The notes under the pieces are model-generated. The model saw only the letters and a list, made by a program, of their open reading frames with translations, had not been told where the DNA came from and did no database searches. Below, piece by piece: positions 60,161 through 64,000 of a DNA stretch of 64,000 nt; the first letter of the stretch is position 1, and every line of letters starts with the position of its first letter. A program made the position numbers and the translations under genes. The stretch is from contig NIVC01001884.1 of the NCBI GenBank assembly GCA_002269645.1, forward strand, positions 124,001-188,000, written 5' to 3'. This DNA comes from Macrostomum lignano (Eukaryota).

Positions 60161-61268
60161 CATGGGGAATTGCTAAGCTGGTCAGAGGCTCATAGAGGCT
60201 CATGGGGAATCGTTAAGCTGGTCAGAGGCTCATGGGGAATCGTTAAGCTGGTCAGAGGCTCATGGGGAATCGCTAAGCTGGTCAGAGGCTCATGGGGAAT
60301 CGCTAAGCTGGTCAGAGGCTCATGGGGAATCGCTAAGCTGGTCAGAGGCTCATGGGGAATCGCTAAGCTGGTCAGAGGCTCATGGGGAATCGCTAAGCTG
60401 GTCAGAGGCTCATGGGGAATCGTTAAGCTGGTCAGAGGCTCATGGGGAATCGCTAAGCTGGTCAGAGGCTCATGGGGAATCGTTAAGCTGGTCAGAGGCT
60501 CATGGGGAATCGCTAAGCTGGTCAGAGGCTCATGGGGAATCGTTAAGCTGGTCAGAGGCTCATGGGGAATCGCTAAGCTGGTCAGAGGCTCATGGGAATC
60601 GTTAAGCTGGTCAGAGGCTCATGGGGAATCGCTAAGCTGGTCAGAGGCTCATGGGGAATCGTTAAGCTGGTCAGAGGCTCATGGGGAATCGCTAAGCTGG
60701 TCAGAGGCTCATGGGGAATCGTTAAGCTGGTCAGAGGCTCATGGGGAATCGCTAAGCTGGTCAGAGGCTCATGGGGAATCGTTAAGCTGGTCAGAGGCTC
60801 ATGGGGAATCGCTAAGCTGGTCAGAGGCTCATGGGGAATCGCTAAGCTGGTCAGAGGCTCATGGGGAATCGCTAAGCTGGTCAGAGGCTCATGGGGAATC
60901 GTTAAGCTGGTCAGAGGCTCATGGGGAATCGCTAAGCTGGTCAGAGGCTCATGGGGAATCGTTAAGCTGGCCAGAGGCTCATGGGGAATCGCTAAGCTGG
61001 TCAGAGGCTCATGGGGAATCGCTAAGCTGGTCAGAGGCTCATGGGGAATCGTTAAGCTGGTCAGAGGCTCATGGGGAATCGCTAAGCTGGTCAGAGGCTC
61101 ATGGGGAATCGTTAAGCTGGTCAGAGGCTCATGGGGAATCGCTAAGCTGGTCAGAGGCTCATGGGCAATCGTTAAGCTGGTCAGAGGCTCATGGGGAATC
61201 GCTAAGCTGGTCAGAGGCTCATGGGGAATCGCTAAGCTGGTCAGAGGCTCATGGGGATACGCTAAGCT
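60161..61268. repeat. 30-bp minisatellite (CATGGGGAATCG(C/T)TAAGCTGGTCAGAGGCT)
   Basis: Directly visible; very homogeneous. Confidence 0.97.
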
Positions 61269-61584
61269 CATGGCGAATTGCTGATCGCCTCAAGAGACTC
61301 CGCTATGATAGCAGCACAATTTAAAGTTCAGATTTTAAATCAGCCAACTCAGATTAGCGGTTCTCAGTTTGCCATAAAATCTGAATGCACGTTTATTACT
61401 TTAGAAGCGGCAACGGGCTTGGATGCCAGTGCCTGCCTGTCAGAGAGACAAGCAAGTCGATTGTTCCAGACGTGTTACGTGCTCGCTACGCAAGTGCAAG
61501 CGGATTATTTGTCAATGGCGCAACCCATGCCTGCCAAAGCTCGGTCACCATGGAGTTCAACTCAGCGAAGACCAGCTGCCTTTA

Positions 61585-62849
<1,265 letters not shown>

Positions 62850-63299
62850 TGCAGATTGAACTTCACTGCAGTCAGTGTTGTCCTAGCAAGTGAGCTACTA
62901 AACTGTTATTTATAATGCCCACTGCAGGTGCCACGCCCTGCAATCAGCTCGCCGCTTCAATTTTCAATTCTGCGCTCAACCTTTATCCCAGGTATTTCTG
63001 ATGCGATAAGACATCAACCCATCGCACTATCGTGTCGCTATTTGATGTCTTCGCGTGACTTGTCAGTGCCAGTGCGACTCTTGGCGAAATGCGCTCGCAA
63101 TGAATGTTTTCCAACTAAGCGCCAGTCTCTGGTGACTCATTAGCAACTAAAAATACCAACCATTCGTTTCAGAATGCAGGAATCCTCTCGGCGAAAACAA
63201 GGCAGACCAAGGTTGAATACCCTTCTCAAGATTCTTCCCGGATAATACCGGTATTCTTTCTGGCTGATATCCTCCTAATGGATAAGATTCTTACTAGAT

Positions 63300-64000
63300 C
63301 ATGGATGAGATTCTTCATGGGTGAGATTCTGTATGGGTGAGATACTGCATGGGTGAGATATTGCATGGGTGAGGTTCTGCATGGATGAGATACTGCATGG
63401 GTGAGATTCTTCATGGATGAGATTCTGCATGGGTGATATTCTTCATGGATGAAATTCTGCATGGGTGATATTCTTCATGGATGAGATTCTGCATGGGTGA
63501 GATTATTCATGGATGAGATTCTGCATGGGTGATATTCTTCATGGATGAAATTCTGCATGGGTGATATTCTTCATGGATGAGATTCTGCATGGGTGAGATT
63601 ATTCATGGATGAGATTCTGCATGGGTGATATTCTTCATGGATGAGATTCTGCATGGGTGAGATTATTCATGGATGAGATTCTTCATAGATGAGATTCTGC
63701 ATGGGTGATATTCTTCATGGATGAGATTCTGCATGGGTGAGATTATTCATGGATGAGATTCTTCATGGATGAGATTCTGCATGGGTGAGATTATTCATGG
63801 ATGAGATTCTTCATGGATGAGATTCTGCATGGGTGATATTCTTCATGGATGAGATTCTGCATGGGTGATATTCTTCATGGATGAAATTCTGCATGGGTGA
63901 TATTCTTCATGGATGAGATTCTGCATGGGTGAGATTATTCATGGATGAGATTCTGCATGGGTGAGATACTGCATGGATGAGATTCTGCATGGGTGATATT
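63300..64000. repeat. 16-bp minisatellite (CATGG(G/A)TGAGATTCT(G/T)), runs off the window end
   Basis: Directly visible. Confidence 0.95.

Overview
Eukaryotic (metazoan) genomic DNA, not prokaryotic. Spliceosomal introns, an innexin tandem pair, GC-rich exons and introns packed with minisatellites suggest a flatworm such as Macrostomum (inference only). The window has two compartments. (1) 1-22.1 kb is a nested, decayed transposon field: a Ty3/gypsy pol split by a Harbinger-type element, two mariner pieces, a large CACTA/EnSpm-like element (transposase, a BEN-like gene and a Gln-rich gene) whose poly-Ser (CAG)n tract holds two RNase-H-type LINE copies, a Loa-like LINE, a Tc1/IS630-type deletion derivative, a piggyBac-like fragment and a Crypton-like tyrosine recombinase fragment. 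(2) 23-64 kb holds host genes: a 14-exon xanthine dehydrogenase/aldehyde oxidase gene (one base short of an intact frame), two 3-exon innexins on the minus strand, an intronless calcineurin-B-homologous EF-hand gene and a disrupted 7TM GPCR-like ORF. About 20 distinct tandem repeats lie in introns and spacers. The most unusual signals are two different LINE subfamily members inserted in the same (CAG)n tract, and several minisatellites whose repeat unit is shaped like a complete mini-intron. The second is a hypothesis that needs RNA evidence. All family assignments come from motif recognition by eye; no searches were run.
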